Assembly: GCA_017458845.1 (NCBI GenBank)
Contig: JAFSZY010000041.1
Span: 24,524-88,523 of the forward strand
From: Ruminococcus sp.
GTDB taxonomy: Bacteria > Bacillota > Clostridia > Oscillospirales > Acutalibacteraceae
Length of the DNA: 64,000 bases
Direction of reading: 5' to 3'
This document shows positions 1 through 8,707 of the stretch, in pieces. Positions within the stretch are counted from its first letter, which is position 1. Each line of letters opens with the position of its first letter. Under the pieces are notes generated by a model that was not told the DNA's origin, did not search any database, and worked only from the letters and a program-made list of their open reading frames with translations. Position numbers and translations under genes: made by a program.

Positions 1-2197
1 CGCCTAAATCCGATTTTCTGCCCGCCGCGGCAAGAGTCTTTTCCTCGTCAATTACAACCCAGTCGGAATTAGCGGTAGTAAAACTGGAACCGTTTTGGTG
101 AATTCTTAAAATCTGGTGATAACCCGCTTTGAGGTTTGTTACTATAGTGCTGCAATAACCGTCTTTGATATCTCCGCGCGTCGAACTGGTTGTGCTCGTT
201 CCCAAAAACGCGTTATCGCTCGAAAAACCTAATAATGTTCCTGTTCCGCTGAAAGTAAGCTGCGCGTTTGACTGAGTAATCTTTGATTGAAGCGCGTCAA
301 CCGTGTCGTTAATATCCCAGTTATCCTCGGTCAAGGTTGTGGGAGTTTTGATTCCTGCCTGAATAGCGAGCTTGGTAAGTCCTATCATTACCGCGCCGTC
401 TGTATACACAGTATGACCGTTTGTGGTCATTTCCTTATCTCTCCAGCGCTCGTCGTCGCGCGCCCATCTGCGCCAGTCCTCGATGTTCTGACCCGTAAAG
501 GTGACAGTCACGTCGGACGCGGGCATTGTAAAGCTGTAGGTCGTAGTGTCGCTGTTATGTGTAACGGGAATCTCATTATTATCCGAATCGCGCGCTACAA
601 TCTTAAGCTCATATACGAACGAGCCGTCGGTCTTAGGCGAAATATCCATTGTGACGGTTGAACCTGTGGTTGCCGCCGAGGGAATGGTAGTATAGTTAAA
701 GCTTGCCGAGTTCGCGCCGTAGGTGTAGTTGATGTCGTATGTTCTCGGAGAAGGCGTGTAGGTTATCGCAGCGGTTGTGGAGGTTGACGTACTTGTTGTA
801 AAAGTACAGGTAGTTGAGTTGTGAGAGCTGAAAGTATAACCGCCCGAAACTGTCCATGTGTCAGCCGCTGTGTAACCCGCGCTTGGGGCAGCGGTAACTG
901 TTACGACAGCCGCGTCGGGAACATACGCGCCCGATGTAAAGCTTGTGGTGTTTCCGCCCTTGGTGTATGACGCGGTGAAAGCAGCGTTGCCGCTGAATGT
1001 TACCTGAACACCCGTGGTCTTAAAGCCCGCCACGCGGTTCATTGTGTCGTAATACTCAGATAGTTTTATGTCGGCGTTCTTGGAAGCGTCGGGAGTAGAA
1101 CGCATAATGTATATCTCTCCTGTAGAGAGGGTTTTCTCGGTATCGACCGCAACCCAGCCGACAGAGCTGTTAACTCTTATGACAAGATAATAGCCTTCAT
1201 TAAGATAATTTGTTATAGAAGTCACATTTGCCGCCAGAGAAGTGCTCATTGTAGCGGTGGTATTAGAGGTTGAACCCATCAGCGCGTTGTTGACACTGTT
1301 GAATCCAAACGCTGTCTTAATATCATCCCAGTCGTTGACCACGCCGCCCGAGGCGTAGCTAGAGATAGCGGAAACCGCGCGGTTTACGGAATTGCCCTCG
1401 CCTGTGGTTTCGTCCGACCAGAGTCCCGCCTGAACAGCGAGCTTTGTGGAAGCAAGCACGAGGTCTCCCCCGCCCACTTTACTCTTATTCATTGTGCTTG
1501 AGCCGTTGAGAACGGTGTCCGCCCAGTTGGTGTTGTTGAGCTCCCACTTGCGGTAATCTGAGTTGATTGACGAGTTTTGCGCCGCCTCGCCCTGATAGCC
1601 GATTACACGGACATAGCTTGAGTAACGCTTTGCGAGCGCTATATTGGTATTATTTGATGTATTGCTCAAACAGTCCATAATATAGACAGTGGAACCGCTC
1701 GCGAGCGTGAGCTTTTCGTCAACAGCTACATAGTTTGTGCCGCCTGTCGAGGTTGTAACCTGAATAACCAGGTGCCAGCCCTGATTGATGTAGTTGATAA
1801 GCGTTGAATAGTTGCTTGATGATGTATATGTACCTGTATTCTGTTTTACAGCATAGCTTGAAAACAGGTTAAGCGAAGCCTTTGTAGGCGCGCTCCATAC
1901 TATAGCCGAACCCGAATAACCCGAGTTGGATGTGAGTAATGTCGCCATATCTCCTATGTCAAAGTCGTGAGGGTCTCTCAGCCCCGCCTGAATCGCCAGC
2001 TTTGTAACAGCAGTTGTCGGCGCGCCGCCGTTATTAAGCGTGCTTATGCCACTCCAGCGGCTGTCGTGGTGCGACCACGCGCGGTAGTCGTCGGAATTGC
2101 CCGTGGCGGAAGCGTTAACCGTTAAGGATGAAACCGCCATAGTCATAAATATTGTTAATACTAAAAGTATGCTTAAGCTTTTTCTGATATATTTCAT
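1..2197 (-). CDS. Secreted multidomain protein (3' end outside window): signal peptide, two C39-like (papain-fold) domains, InlB/Flg_new-like beta repeats, third C39-like domain; all three lack the catalytic Cys and His
   Basis: Absent from the ORF track, presumably because there is no stop in the window. Hand translation from ATG 2197 (RBS GGAGG) gives MKYIRKSLSILLVLTIFMTMAVSSLTVNASA, then DDYRAWSHHDSRW..GAPTTAVTKLAIQAG..NYVAVDEKLTL..YIMD; DYRKWELNNTNW..GDLVLASTKLAVQAG..GWVAVDTEKTL..YIM; FTMPASDVTV; EDWRRWARDDERW..GAVMIGLTKLAIQAG..DWVVIDEEKTL. Frame checked at several points down to base 2. Confidence 0.8.
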   Translation of the reverse strand, partial: MKYIRKSLSILLVLTIFMTMAVSSLTVNASATGNSDDYRAWSHHDSRWSGISTLNNGGAPTTAVTKLAIQAGLRDPHDFDIGDMATLLTSNSGYSGSAIVWSAPTKASLNLFSSYAVKQNTGTYTSSSNYSTLINYINQGWHLVIQVTTSTGGTNYVAVDEKLTLASGSTVYIMDCLSNTSNNTNIALAKRYSSYVRVIGYQGEAAQNSSINSDYRKWELNNTNWADTVLNGSSTMNKSKVGGGDLVLASTKLAVQAGLWSDETTGEGNSVNRAVSAISSYASGGVVNDWDDIKTAFGFNSVNNALMGSTSNTTATMSTSLAANVTSITNYLNEGYYLVIRVNSSVGWVAVDTEKTLSTGEIYIMRSTPDASKNADIKLSEYYDTMNRVAGFKTTGVQVTFSGNAAFTASYTKGGNTTSFTSGAYVPDAAVVTVTAAPSAGYTAADTWTVSGGYTFSSHNSTTCTFTTSTSTSTTAAITYTPSPRTYDINYTYGANSASFNYTTIPSAATTGSTVTMDISPKTDGSFVYELKIVARDSDNNEIPVTHNSDTTTYSFTMPASDVTVTFTGQNIEDWRRWARDDERWRDKEMTTNGHTVYTDGAVMIGLTKLAIQAGIKTPTTLTEDNWDINDTVDALQSKITQSNAQLTFSGTGTLLGFSSDNAFLGTSTTSSTRGDIKDGYCSTIVTNLKAGYHQILRIHQNGSSFTTANSDWVVIDEEKTLAAAGRKSDLG

Positions 2198-2234
2198 AAT
2201 CGTTCCTCCGAATTAACTATTTTTGAGCGCAAGA

Positions 2235-2438
2235 CTAATCAAACAAATCCGAACCATCGCCAAGATCGTAAAAATCGTTGTTAACGTCGGGATCTGTCTC
2301 GTCTTCAAATAAATCGTCACCGTCGCCCAAATCGTTGTGGTCGGTGTTGACATCGTCTATGCTCGGAGAAAGCACCTCTTCCAACAGCCATACCTTTAAT
2401 AATTCAAATTCAGGTGGTAAATAAATCTTTCTTTTCAT
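2235..2438 (-). CDS. Small acidic peptide (67 aa) with N-terminal YxPPEF motif and a duplicated DLGDGxDLF(E/D) motif
   Basis: AGGAG RBS upstream of the ATG; TTGACA-18-TATTAT about 50-70 bp upstream; ends 37 bp before the C39-like repeat gene on the same strand. Confidence 0.7.
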   Translation of the reverse strand: MKRKIYLPPEFELLKVWLLEEVLSPSIDDVNTDHNDLGDGDDLFEDETDPDVNNDFYDLGDGSDLFD

Positions 2439-2583
2439 AAATCCGACTCCTGTTTATACTTCCAAAAATACTAATATATTTTATAATACAGCAAAAGATA
2501 CAGTTTTGTCAATTAATTTTTTTTTTTTGTATATTTTGACGATTATCTTTCTTCGGTTTTTTCACAAATAAAAAATCCGATAA

Positions 2584-2611
2584 AGAAAAAGGCTTCCCGA
2601 AAGAAGCCTTT
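2584..2611 (-). terminator. Rho-independent terminator after the 2626-3513 gene
   Basis: AAAGGCTTC-tttcgg-GAAGCCTTT followed by a T run on the minus strand. Confidence 0.75.
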
Positions 2612-2625
2612 AGTTCTCAATTATA

Positions 2626-3513
2626 TTAGTTGTTGCTGTTGAGCTCAAGCTCGATATTGAAAAACGCGCCCGATATCTGGGCGGGCAAAGCCCTGTCGCT
2701 CGGAACAACTATCTCCGTACCGTCCTCAAAAACAAAGGTCATCGACTTTTCCTCTATACTATTTAAGCCGCTTTCGGGAAGCATATGCCAAATCAGCATA
2801 GCGTTAGTCTCGATTATTCCTCTGAACTTGTCCATCAGCTCCGAGGAGAGCTCTTTCTCGTCCTTGAAAACATCGGGGATATCAAACTTGCGCTCTCTTT
2901 TATACTCGCAAATATCGCCGTTTTGTGTTAATGAGATATGGGTATATCCGCCGTCGCTGTGCTTGGAATCAAAGCGGATTGTCTTTATCGCTTTGGCGTT
3001 GGGAAGCTCGACCGGCTCCTTCTTCAAAGCCTCGCTAAAGAAATCATACAGCCAATTGGCGAAGTCTATAGAAATAACAGGACTGCGGTTTGTGGAAAAG
3101 TCAATCCTCTCGCCGCTTGAATAGTCCACTCGCACCTCGCCGCCGAAGTTCTCGGGCAGTCCGTAAGTAAACGAATGAGAGCCGTTGGACTTTGCGAGGT
3201 CATATTCTCTTACGGCGTTAACGAGCTCGGGAAAGATATCTTCCTTTATAAAGCTCCACTTGTACTCTCTTTTTTCACAGCGGTCATGCGCGAAGAGCAA
3301 TACAAAAACTCCGTCCTCACACTTTGCCGCGTAAACCGAGATAAATCTGAACCACGCGGTCGCCGCGGGCGCGCCGCCCGGCATAACGCCCATAGGAGCC
3401 ATAGCTGTCTCGACCTTGAACAAAGTCATATTCTCGGACACAATCTTCTTGGGAGCGTTTTCGTCATAGCTCTGTGAAGTGCCGCCGCACATTGGCGGAT
3501 TGTTGTTAAACAT
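2626..3513 (-). CDS. Hypothetical protein, possibly two tandem copies of one uncharacterised domain
   Basis: 295-aa ORF with GGGGAG RBS; overlaps the stop of the upstream gene; followed by a terminator. Confidence 0.75.
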   Translation of the reverse strand: MFNNNPPMCGGTSQSYDENAPKKIVSENMTLFKVETAMAPMGVMPGGAPAATAWFRFISVYAAKCEDGVFVLLFAHDRCEKREYKWSFIKEDIFPELVNAVREYDLAKSNGSHSFTYGLPENFGGEVRVDYSSGERIDFSTNRSPVISIDFANWLYDFFSEALKKEPVELPNAKAIKTIRFDSKHSDGGYTHISLTQNGDICEYKRERKFDIPDVFKDEKELSSELMDKFRGIIETNAMLIWHMLPESGLNSIEEKSMTFVFEDGTEIVVPSDRALPAQISGAFFNIELELNSNN

Positions 3514-3916
3514 TGTTTTCTCCCCTATCGTATATCAGACTGTGTATCCCTTCCCTGAACTCGGAGTAGTGTTTTGGGAAATTGTTGGAGCCGCCGGCGT
3601 GGATTCTTTTGCCGTTTATCTCGGCTTCAAAATTTATCATCCAGCCGTCTCTTACTCCGCGGGGATTGGCTCCACTGAAGCCGTCCCACTTTATAACATT
3701 GCATTTATTGAGCAAATCGAGAACAACATCCGAGGAACACTCGGCGCTCTTCTGAAGCTCGCGCCTGTCGCCTTCAGGACGGGCGTACATAATGAGGTAG
3801 CGCGCCGCCTGACAGCTTTCGCCGCCGCAAACAACCTCGTACTCCTCGGTACAGCGCATACCCATTATTCTCAAAGTGAGCTTTGTGAAAGTTTCAGCCT
3901 TTTCTTTTTTGAACAT
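3506..3916 (-). CDS. Hypothetical protein
   Basis: 136-aa ORF tightly packed between the sufB-like gene and 2626-3513. Confidence 0.7.
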   Translation of the reverse strand: MFKKEKAETFTKLTLRIMGMRCTEEYEVVCGGESCQAARYLIMYARPEGDRRELQKSAECSSDVVLDLLNKCNVIKWDGFSGANPRGVRDGWMINFEAEINGKRIHAGGSNNFPKHYSEFREGIHSLIYDRGENNV

Positions 3917-3930
3917 AGTAAATCTCTCTG

Positions 3931-4854
3931 TTATCTTAAGAATCCGTTGATAATCTGCTCTTCCGCCTCGGCTTCAGTAAGTCCGAGCGTCATCAGCTTG
4001 ATGAGCTGTTCGCCCGCGATTTTGCCGATAGCCGCCTCGTGCACGAGGGACGCGTCTACGTCATTGGCTTCAAGCGCGGGAACAGCTAAGATTTTGCCGT
4101 TGTCCATAATGATTGAGTCGCATTCGGTATGGCCCTTGCACTCGGCGTTGCCGACGATTTTCAAATCCAGCTTTTGATACGAGTTATCTCTCGCAACACC
4201 GCGGGAAACAATATCGGCGTTTGCGCCTTTGCCGTTGAGGCTTACCGTGTACACACTGAACGCCTGCTGCTGTTTATGCGTCATAAGGCGTTCCCTGACT
4301 ACCATACTCGCTCCCTTTTTGAGCTCGGCGACAGTTGTTCGGGTGGTGTCGTCCACGCCTTTAATCTGCACCATCTCCATCTCGACGGTGCTGTTCTCCT
4401 CGGCGTACACCTCGGTAACAGGGTTGAGGATTCTCTTGCCCGCGCCGTCGCCAGAGCCGTAGTGCTTCTCGACATATTTAACCTTGGCGTTCTTGCCCAC
4501 ATAAAAGCGGTGAATGCCGTCGTGCTGTGAGTCGTGAGCGCCGCAGTTGTCAATTCCACAGCCCGCGACAATCAGTACTTCCGCGTTATCGCCGATGAAG
4601 AAGTCGTTGTAGACTTCCTCCTTGAGTCCGCTTTTCGTCATAACGACAGGAATGTGGACGGTCTCGTCCCTGACGTTAGGCTTGATGAAAATATCGAGCC
4701 CGCTGATGCTTTCCTTGGGTGTGATTTCCACATTCTCGGTGGACTGACGACCTATAGACTGGCTGTCGGAGCGGATGTTATAAGCACCCTGCGGGATTTC
4801 GGTGATGTCGGCTATTTCTTTAAGCAGATACTTCTGTACATTATTCAAATCCAT
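3931..4854 (-). CDS. sufB: SufB/SufD-family Fe-S scaffold protein (SmsB-like)
   Basis: Beta-helix core with the C-terminal GHTECDSIIMD..HEAAIGKIAGEQLIKLMTLGLTEAEAEEQIINGFL signature; 1 bp from the stop of the SufC-like gene. Confidence 0.9.
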   Translation of the reverse strand: MDLNNVQKYLLKEIADITEIPQGAYNIRSDSQSIGRQSTENVEITPKESISGLDIFIKPNVRDETVHIPVVMTKSGLKEEVYNDFFIGDNAEVLIVAGCGIDNCGAHDSQHDGIHRFYVGKNAKVKYVEKHYGSGDGAGKRILNPVTEVYAEENSTVEMEMVQIKGVDDTTRTTVAELKKGASMVVRERLMTHKQQQAFSVYTVSLNGKGANADIVSRGVARDNSYQKLDLKIVGNAECKGHTECDSIIMDNGKILAVPALEANDVDASLVHEAAIGKIAGEQLIKLMTLGLTEAEAEEQIINGFLR

Positions 4855-4855
4855 A

Positions 4856-5587
4856 TTAACTGTTCACCCCTCTGCATTCCTTTACCGCCGAGGATGTACC
4901 CATAAGCGCGGGAAGCACCTCATCCTTGGTTCCTCTGGTTTCCACCACTCCGTTTTTGAGCACGATGATTTCGTCGGCAATGTTGAGGATACGCTCCTGG
5001 TGGGAGATGATGAGGATAGACCTGTTCTTAATCTCCCTGCGCTGCCTCTCAAACACCTCGATGAGATTGGAAAAACTCCACAAATCTATTCCCGCCTCGG
5101 GCTCATCAAACACTGTGAGCAGAGAACCCCTGGCGAGCACTGTCGCGATTTCGATACGCTTGAGCTCACCGCCCGAAAGGCTGGAGTTGACCTCACGGTT
5201 GACATACTCAGCCGCGCAGAGTCCGACCTTGGAAAGGTAGGAACAAACCTCGGTTATTGACAGCTCCTTACCCGACGCGATTCTGATTAAATCGAGCACC
5301 TGAATCCCCTTGAATCTTACAGGCTGCTGAAAAGCAAAGCCTATGCCGAGCTTGGCGCGGTCGGTAATGCTCATATCGGTGATGTCGGTGTCGTTGAAAA
5401 ATATCTTTCCCGATGTGGGCTTTTCGATACCCGCAATAAGCTTAGCTAGAGTAGACTTTCCGCCGCCGTTGGGGCCTGTTATAACAAACAGTTTTCCGTC
5501 GGGGACTTCAATTGAAATGTCCCTTATAATTTCTTTATTCTGACCTTCGGACTGAACGTCAAACGAAAGGTTTTTAATCTTTAGCAT
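4856..5587 (-). CDS. sufC: SufC-like ABC ATPase (SmsC-like)
   Basis: Walker A GPNGGGKST, LSGGELKRIEIA, FDEPEAGIDLWSF; start set at ATG 5587 with GGAGG RBS. Confidence 0.9.
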   Translation of the reverse strand: MLKIKNLSFDVQSEGQNKEIIRDISIEVPDGKLFVITGPNGGGKSTLAKLIAGIEKPTSGKIFFNDTDITDMSITDRAKLGIGFAFQQPVRFKGIQVLDLIRIASGKELSITEVCSYLSKVGLCAAEYVNREVNSSLSGGELKRIEIATVLARGSLLTVFDEPEAGIDLWSFSNLIEVFERQRREIKNRSILIISHQERILNIADEIIVLKNGVVETRGTKDEVLPALMGTSSAVKECRGVNS

Positions 5588-5725
5588 ACAGATTCCTCCA
5601 TCCATATCTATTATACCATCCCCGTCAACCCCTAAACAAGAAAGCGCGCGCAACTAGCGCGTCCGCTTTCGTATAGCCATCGCTCGTGCGCGCGCAGCGT
5701 GCTACTGAGCGGGCAACATAAATCT

Positions 5726-5820
5726 TTTTTGCTCTATAGAGTAAGGATAAATGTTTTTTACAAGAGTTTGTTTAATTGCATATTTATACGAATTTTGAGT
5801 AATTTCCTATAGAGCAAAAA
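5726..5820. repeat. 14-bp perfect inverted repeat (TTTTTGCTCTATAG ... CTATAGAGCAAAAA) flanking 67 bp of AT-rich DNA
   Basis: Arms read directly at 5726-5739 and 5807-5820. Confidence 0.8.
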
Positions 5821-5843
5821 CAGGGCGGCCGTGAGGTCGCCCT
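5815..5843 (-). terminator. Rho-independent terminator after 5861-7051
   Basis: AGGGCGACC-tcac-GGCCGCCCT then GTTTTT on the minus strand. Confidence 0.75.
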
Positions 5844-5860
5844 TAATTTTGCGCTGCAAA

Positions 5861-7051
5861 TTATTCAACTTTAATCTTCACCGTTACGGTTTTGGATTTT
5901 GACTTGTACGCTGTGTTGCCCTTGGCGCTTACCTTTACCTTGAGCTTATAGGTCTTGCCCTTTTTGAGGCCTTTTTTGACGGTGATTTTACCTGTCTTTT
6001 TGTTGACGGTAATCTTCTTGCTGCCTTTAACCTTCTTGAACGCCAATTTTCCCTTTGCGTTTTTGATTGAATAGGCTTTGGCTTTTTTGAACACAGTCTT
6101 TTTAGACTCGGCTTTAACCTTTAAAGTTTTGCCCTTAACGGTCACGGGGTTAGACCTTTTGACAACAGTAAATTTCATCTCTGTGTACTTGCCGTTGTTG
6201 GTTACTCTGACGTATGCTGTGCCTGATTTAACACCTTTGACCTTACCGTTTTTGTCCACTGTGGCAACCTTGGAGTTGCTTGATGTAAATGTGGTTTCGC
6301 CAACAGGATTTTTAACCTCAGGCGTAACTTTTGTGCTTTCGCCGACAAAGAGTTTGGTCTTGCCCGCTTTGGCGGATACTTCTGTCTGGGCTTCCTCGCC
6401 TACCTCGATTGTCTTGGGATAATTGCTTTCTTCCTCAACTGTGAATGTCGCCTTATTGGAGAACACGCTCGGGCCGTCAGGGAATAATTCCTTTACAACA
6501 TCATCAGGGAAACTGTTCGTATTCACTACTGTCTCGTTCTGGATAGTAATTTGGTCGCCGACCTTGAGTCCATTGACCTCGGTCAAACCTGTCGCCTGGC
6601 TCTGCTCAACAGTCTGTGTCTCATCGTTTTCCAAAAGCGGTACGTTGTACTTTATAAGTCCCTGACCACCGCCTGTATCGTAGGGGGTCCAGCTCCAGTT
6701 CCACATATTGCTGTCGAGCTGAACATCGGGCTTAACCGGGCCAATCAAAGTCATACCGAGGCTTCTGATACTCTCGGATGTTCTGCCGTCCTTGAGTAAC
6801 GCGCTAAGATGACCTTCGAGGAAATGTACCGCTTCGCTGTCACTGAGATTCTCGGCAGCGAAGATTTCTACGGTAACAGGAAGATATTTCTTACCTGTAT
6901 TTGCATCCGTAAGCGGCTTTCCTATTGTGATTTTTTTAATCTGAGCCTTGAAATTATCAGGGCTGAATGCCGAAGCCTGAATCGCGCACAGCGAAATCAT
7001 ACTGAGGCATAGACAAAGAATCAAGCCAATTGAAATAACTCTTTTTTTCAT
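5861..7051 (-). CDS. Secreted protein: unknown N-terminal domain, Big_2 Ig-like domain, Lys-rich C-terminal module
   Basis: Signal peptide MKKRVISIGLILCLCLSMISLCAIQASA; FTSSNSKVATVDKNGKVKGVKSG (Big_2); C-terminus ..KVKVSAKGNTAYKSKSKTVTVKIKVE. Confidence 0.85.
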   Translation of the reverse strand: MKKRVISIGLILCLCLSMISLCAIQASAFSPDNFKAQIKKITIGKPLTDANTGKKYLPVTVEIFAAENLSDSEAVHFLEGHLSALLKDGRTSESIRSLGMTLIGPVKPDVQLDSNMWNWSWTPYDTGGGQGLIKYNVPLLENDETQTVEQSQATGLTEVNGLKVGDQITIQNETVVNTNSFPDDVVKELFPDGPSVFSNKATFTVEEESNYPKTIEVGEEAQTEVSAKAGKTKLFVGESTKVTPEVKNPVGETTFTSSNSKVATVDKNGKVKGVKSGTAYVRVTNNGKYTEMKFTVVKRSNPVTVKGKTLKVKAESKKTVFKKAKAYSIKNAKGKLAFKKVKGSKKITVNKKTGKITVKKGLKKGKTYKLKVKVSAKGNTAYKSKSKTVTVKIKVE

Positions 7052-7080
7052 AATTCTTCCTCCTGTTTTAAAAAATTACT

Positions 7081-7947
7081 TTAAAAATATATTCCCGGGC
7101 AAAGTACGAACACGTCAAATAACAGCAGAGCCGCTGCACCAATCCACAAAATTATTTTCTTGTCCGCACAGGGCGAGAAATAGTAAATGCTCTTTTTCAT
7201 AGGCTTAACCATAATCGCCGTGAACATATATCCCCAGAAAAATGTAATCATACCGAATACGTTAGTTATAGCTCCGAAGATTAAGGAATTCACCGCGCCT
7301 ATCTCGGCGGCAAGCGGAGAAACCAGCCCCAGAAGCGTGTAAACTACCGAAAACAATATGAACGGAAAGAGGTACAGCGCCGAAGCGACCGTATTCCTCT
7401 CCTTCTTGTCGTTGTTATTTTTTATGAAGTGATACGCCTGCCTGTAAGCTATATAAAACGTCAAAAGAATGCCCGCGCTGCCTACAACCAGCATACCAAT
7501 TCGCAGAGCTATACTGCCGTCAAAACGGTCCAGCACCTTGCACCAGTCACCCATACCGTTATTCGGCGAGTAGGCTATACCGTCGCGCAGAAAATAACCG
7601 AAGCCCATACTTAGGTGCATAATCGTAAGCATAAGCATAAACGCTCTGCTCAGCGGACCAAACCTGATTTTGCTGAGAATCAGCAGCAGTATGAAACCTA
7701 CCGCGACATTCATCAAAGCCGCGCTGCCCTCGTACATCAGCTTCCAGAAAAAGGAATTCATATCAACGCTTACGGTACCCGCTGTGCTGTTAATGCCAAA
7801 GCCCAAAAACTCGGGCTTCATTCCCGCAGCCACCTGAGTGAGCATATGCGTCGCCTCGTGTACGGGGCTCGTAAGGTTGGCGGCGATAATCATTAATGCG
7901 AGACAGTTTATTATCATAAACGCTCTGCTTTTTGTTTTATTATTCAT
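7081..7947 (-). CDS. Polytopic membrane protein, probable M50-type (site-2-protease-like) zinc metallopeptidase
   Basis: HEATH (HExxH) inside a hydrophobic segment, later NNGMGDW; about 7 hydrophobic stretches. Confidence 0.6.
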   Translation of the reverse strand: MNNKTKSRAFMIINCLALMIIAANLTSPVHEATHMLTQVAAGMKPEFLGFGINSTAGTVSVDMNSFFWKLMYEGSAALMNVAVGFILLLILSKIRFGPLSRAFMLMLTIMHLSMGFGYFLRDGIAYSPNNGMGDWCKVLDRFDGSIALRIGMLVVGSAGILLTFYIAYRQAYHFIKNNNDKKERNTVASALYLFPFILFSVVYTLLGLVSPLAAEIGAVNSLIFGAITNVFGMITFFWGYMFTAIMVKPMKKSIYYFSPCADKKIILWIGAAALLLFDVFVLCPGIYF

Positions 7948-7973
7948 TTTACGTCCTCAAGTACAAGCGTTGT

Positions 7974-8426
7974 TTACTTTCTCTTATAAATTGTATCACT
8001 GCCTGTGGAATCTTTGACGTTCAAGGTGTCGCCGCTCAGTTCGTATTCGAGCTCCATCGGCGCCGTATTGCCGTCGTATAAGATGCTCAGCGTTGAACCG
8101 TCGGCCTCGTAAGTGAAGTTCATCTTTTGACCCGCAACATCATATACACCTGTTTTATCGTCGTTGAATGTGTAGGTGAAGCCGCCGCTCTCATACTCCC
8201 AGGAACCTACCAGCTTATTATCGGCTGAAGCTTCGGCTTTAGATGAGTCTGATTTACTGCTTGCAGTAGATTCCGCTTTTGTTTCGCTTGATTCAGCCTT
8301 TTCGGACACAGTTTCGGAAACGGAAGCGGTTTCCTTTTTCTCGGTTGTTTCACCGCATGACGTCAGCGACAGCACCAATACGGACGCGCAAATCAGCGCG
8401 ATTATAATACATATTGATTTTTTCAT
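7974..8426 (-). CDS. Lipoprotein with a DUF5640-like beta domain
   Basis: Lipobox LTSC after a hydrophobic stretch; S/E/K-rich linker; LVGSWEYESGGFTYTFNDDKTG. Confidence 0.75.
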   Translation of the reverse strand: MKKSICIIIALICASVLVLSLTSCGETTEKKETASVSETVSEKAESSETKAESTASSKSDSSKAEASADNKLVGSWEYESGGFTYTFNDDKTGVYDVAGQKMNFTYEADGSTLSILYDGNTAPMELEYELSGDTLNVKDSTGSDTIYKRK

Positions 8427-8506
8427 TAATTAACCTCCAAAAATGGCACTATTAACAAAAACCCCTTTGTCACTCTGGGTGTAAAGCGGGCCTTTGTAAT
8501 ATTATA

Positions 8507-8683
8507 TTATTTCTTGTTGTTTTTTTCCTGCGCTCCAATGATAACTCCAAGAATACCCATCAGACAACCGCCGACAAATACTGAAATCCAGCTGATATTC
8601 CAAGCGTTGCCCAGCATACCCCAAATAACCATTACCATTACGGAAACAATCGCGATAATCGGATATAAAATCTTTAAATTCAT
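8507..8683 (-). CDS. Small two-TM membrane protein (58 aa), paralog of 8708-8896
   Basis: Below the ORF-track length cutoff. Hand translation MNLKILYPIIAIVSVMVMVIWGMLGNAWNISWISVFVGGCLMGILGVIIGAQEKNNKK*; AAAGGAG RBS. Confidence 0.85.
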   Translation of the reverse strand: MNLKILYPIIAIVSVMVMVIWGMLGNAWNISWISVFVGGCLMGILGVIIGAQEKNNKK

Positions 8684-8707
8684 AACTACTCTCCTTTAAA
8701 TCTACTG

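Noticed and set aside
287-661. 124-aa + strand ORF and the many other antisense ORFs in the track (e.g. 3479-4177, 35837-36397, 40352-41206, 56464-56934)
   Set aside because: They are shadows of well-supported genes or repeats on the opposite strand, with no RBS or family motifs.
8514-8699. 61-aa + strand ORF from the track
   Set aside because: It is the antisense of the real 58-aa minus-strand gene 8507-8683, which has an RBS and a paralog.
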